A stretch of DNA of 24,000 nt, taken from NCBI GenBank assembly GCA_016180925.1, contig JACPAH010000020.1:4620-28619 (forward strand), written 5' to 3'. This stretch comes from Candidatus Aenigmatarchaeota archaeon. Its GTDB lineage: Archaea; Aenigmatarchaeota; Aenigmatarchaeia; GW2011-AR5. The notes beneath the pieces were generated by a model that was not told where the DNA came from, made no database searches, and saw only the letters and a program-made list of their open reading frames with translations. Each line of letters opens with the position of its first letter. Position 1 is the stretch's first letter. The position numbers were made by a program, and so were the translations under genes. Shown piece after piece: positions 23,132 through 24,000 of the stretch.

Positions 23132-23206
23132 CATCATAATGAACTAGTCGCATAGTTTCAATGGATTTCATGTTCACTTTGGATTGGAACTAGTTCACTT
23201 ATGATG
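23132..23206. promoter_or_regulatory. imperfect 17/18-bp inverted repeat and 10-bp palindrome GAACTAGTTC in the divergent promoter region
   Basis: CATCATAATGAACTAGT (23132-23148) versus ACTAGTTCACTTATGATG (23189-23206), which is the reverse complement with one extra C. GAACTAGTTC lies at 23187-23196. Confidence 0.5.
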
Positions 23207-23285
23207 TTATTAGTTGTTAAATTTAGTATTTAAATAATTATGCATTTAATGTATAATAATTATACAATACAGAGGTCGTGTGTTT

Positions 23286-23540
23286 ATGGATGTTAAAGAT
23301 GACAGGGAAATAGAGCGTATCTTGCTGAAAAAGCTTCATACCATGGGATGCTGGGGCACCAGGCATACTTCTGAAAGAAACCTTCCAAAAGGATTTCCGT
23401 CTCATGTCAGAAAACGCGTTTTGGAAATTGCCGAAGAATTGCGCAAAAAGGGATTTCTTGTCAAATTCCCGACAAGCCATGATAACCAGTGGTATCTTAA
23501 CTGGAATTTCAAGAAGGAAATCGAGGAAAAAATTAAATAA
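23286..23540 (+). CDS. 84-aa hypothetical protein, possible small wHTH
   Basis: MDVKDDREIERILLKKLHTMG...VRKRVLEIAEELRKKGFLVKFPT. It is divergent from the wHTH regulator. Confidence 0.45.
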   Translation: MDVKDDREIERILLKKLHTMGCWGTRHTSERNLPKGFPSHVRKRVLEIAEELRKKGFLVKFPTSHDNQWYLNWNFKKEIEEKIK

Positions 23541-23541
23541 T

Positions 23542-24000
23542 TCAAAGCCCCCACTTCGGCTCCTGCTTGCGCTTGAGCTCGCGGATTTCGTTCAGCGCCT
23601 CTATCTCAGAATGCGACAGGAGCTTCTCGTTCTTTATGAGCCTCTTGTATTCCTCGGTCGAGATGTCGGTGTAAAGAATGTCGTCCTCGTCGACCTGCCT
23701 GCCCACCGTCGGGCCCATTATAGACACCGCGACCTTCTCCCCCTGCTTGGCCTCGGTGACGTTCTCGCCCTGCGACTGGAGCTGCTTCACTTCGCCGCAT
23801 TCCTTCAGCGAGCCCGGAAAGTCCTTGAGCTCCTTGAACAGCCTGAACTTCGGCCTTATTATTCCCGACAGGATTTCGCATCCAACGATGGCGGGGTTGC
23901 TTGCCCTGAAGGTGCAGCCGCGGAGTATCGTCATCTTTCCGGGGCGCGTTATGTCCTCTATCTCTCTGCGCTTCACTTCCTCCTTCTCCGTCTCGCTCCA
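23542..24000 (-). CDS. infB: translation initiation factor aIF5B (IF2-type GTPase), C-terminal domain; 5' part outside the window
   Basis: The domain IV-like beta-barrel is FRASNPAIVGCEILSGIIRPKFRL...GEKVAVSIMGPTVGRQVDEDDILYTD, with the C-terminal helices. The frame remains open to position 24000. Confidence 0.8.
   Translation of the reverse strand, partial: WSETEKEEVKRREIEDITRPGKMTILRGCTFRASNPAIVGCEILSGIIRPKFRLFKELKDFPGSLKECGEVKQLQSQGENVTEAKQGEKVAVSIMGPTVGRQVDEDDILYTDISTEEYKRLIKNEKLLSHSEIEALNEIRELKRKQEPKWGL

Overview
Archaeal chromosomal window. The evidence is aIF2-gamma, aIF5B, ribosomal protein S6e, and AT-rich TATA-like boxes about 25-35 nt upstream of several starts. The backbone is moderately G+C-rich and carries housekeeping genes: a PurF-like amidotransferase, a HAD phosphatase, a rhodanese-MBL fusion, bacterial-type MetK, an FNR-like reductase, PyrG and a ThyA fusion. 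It also carries two secreted or anchored surface proteins and many small zinc-ribbon ORFs, several below the 60-aa cutoff of the ORF track. I saw no tRNA, rRNA or CRISPR array. Five loci are not ordinary. (1) The host endonuclease III gene (nth) is split at 10831/13616. Its catalytic core is replaced by a 2.8-kb very AT-rich island that carries a complete divergent nth, translationally coupled to a LAGLIDADG homing endonuclease, plus a PD-(D/E)xK nuclease-like protein and two zinc-ribbon ORFs. I read this as a candidate natural 'cleave-and-rescue' selfish cassette. (2) A perfectly paired 131-nt three-way-junction palindrome (2724-2854) sits between an in-frame ATG and the start-less signal peptide of a surface-protein gene. 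It has one canonical bulge-helix-bulge half-site, so it is a candidate mRNA intron or a palindromic insertion. (3) metK carries an in-frame 30-nt insert with two stop codons between GHPDKI and CDQISD. (4) A two-hairpin motif with compensatory changes occurs three times around the aIF2-gamma gene. (5) The 3' end of aIF5B is duplicated 816 bp away with only synonymous differences, bracketing an AT-rich two-gene module, which suggests an integrated-element remnant. All functional calls rest on motif recognition by eye; no database search was possible.
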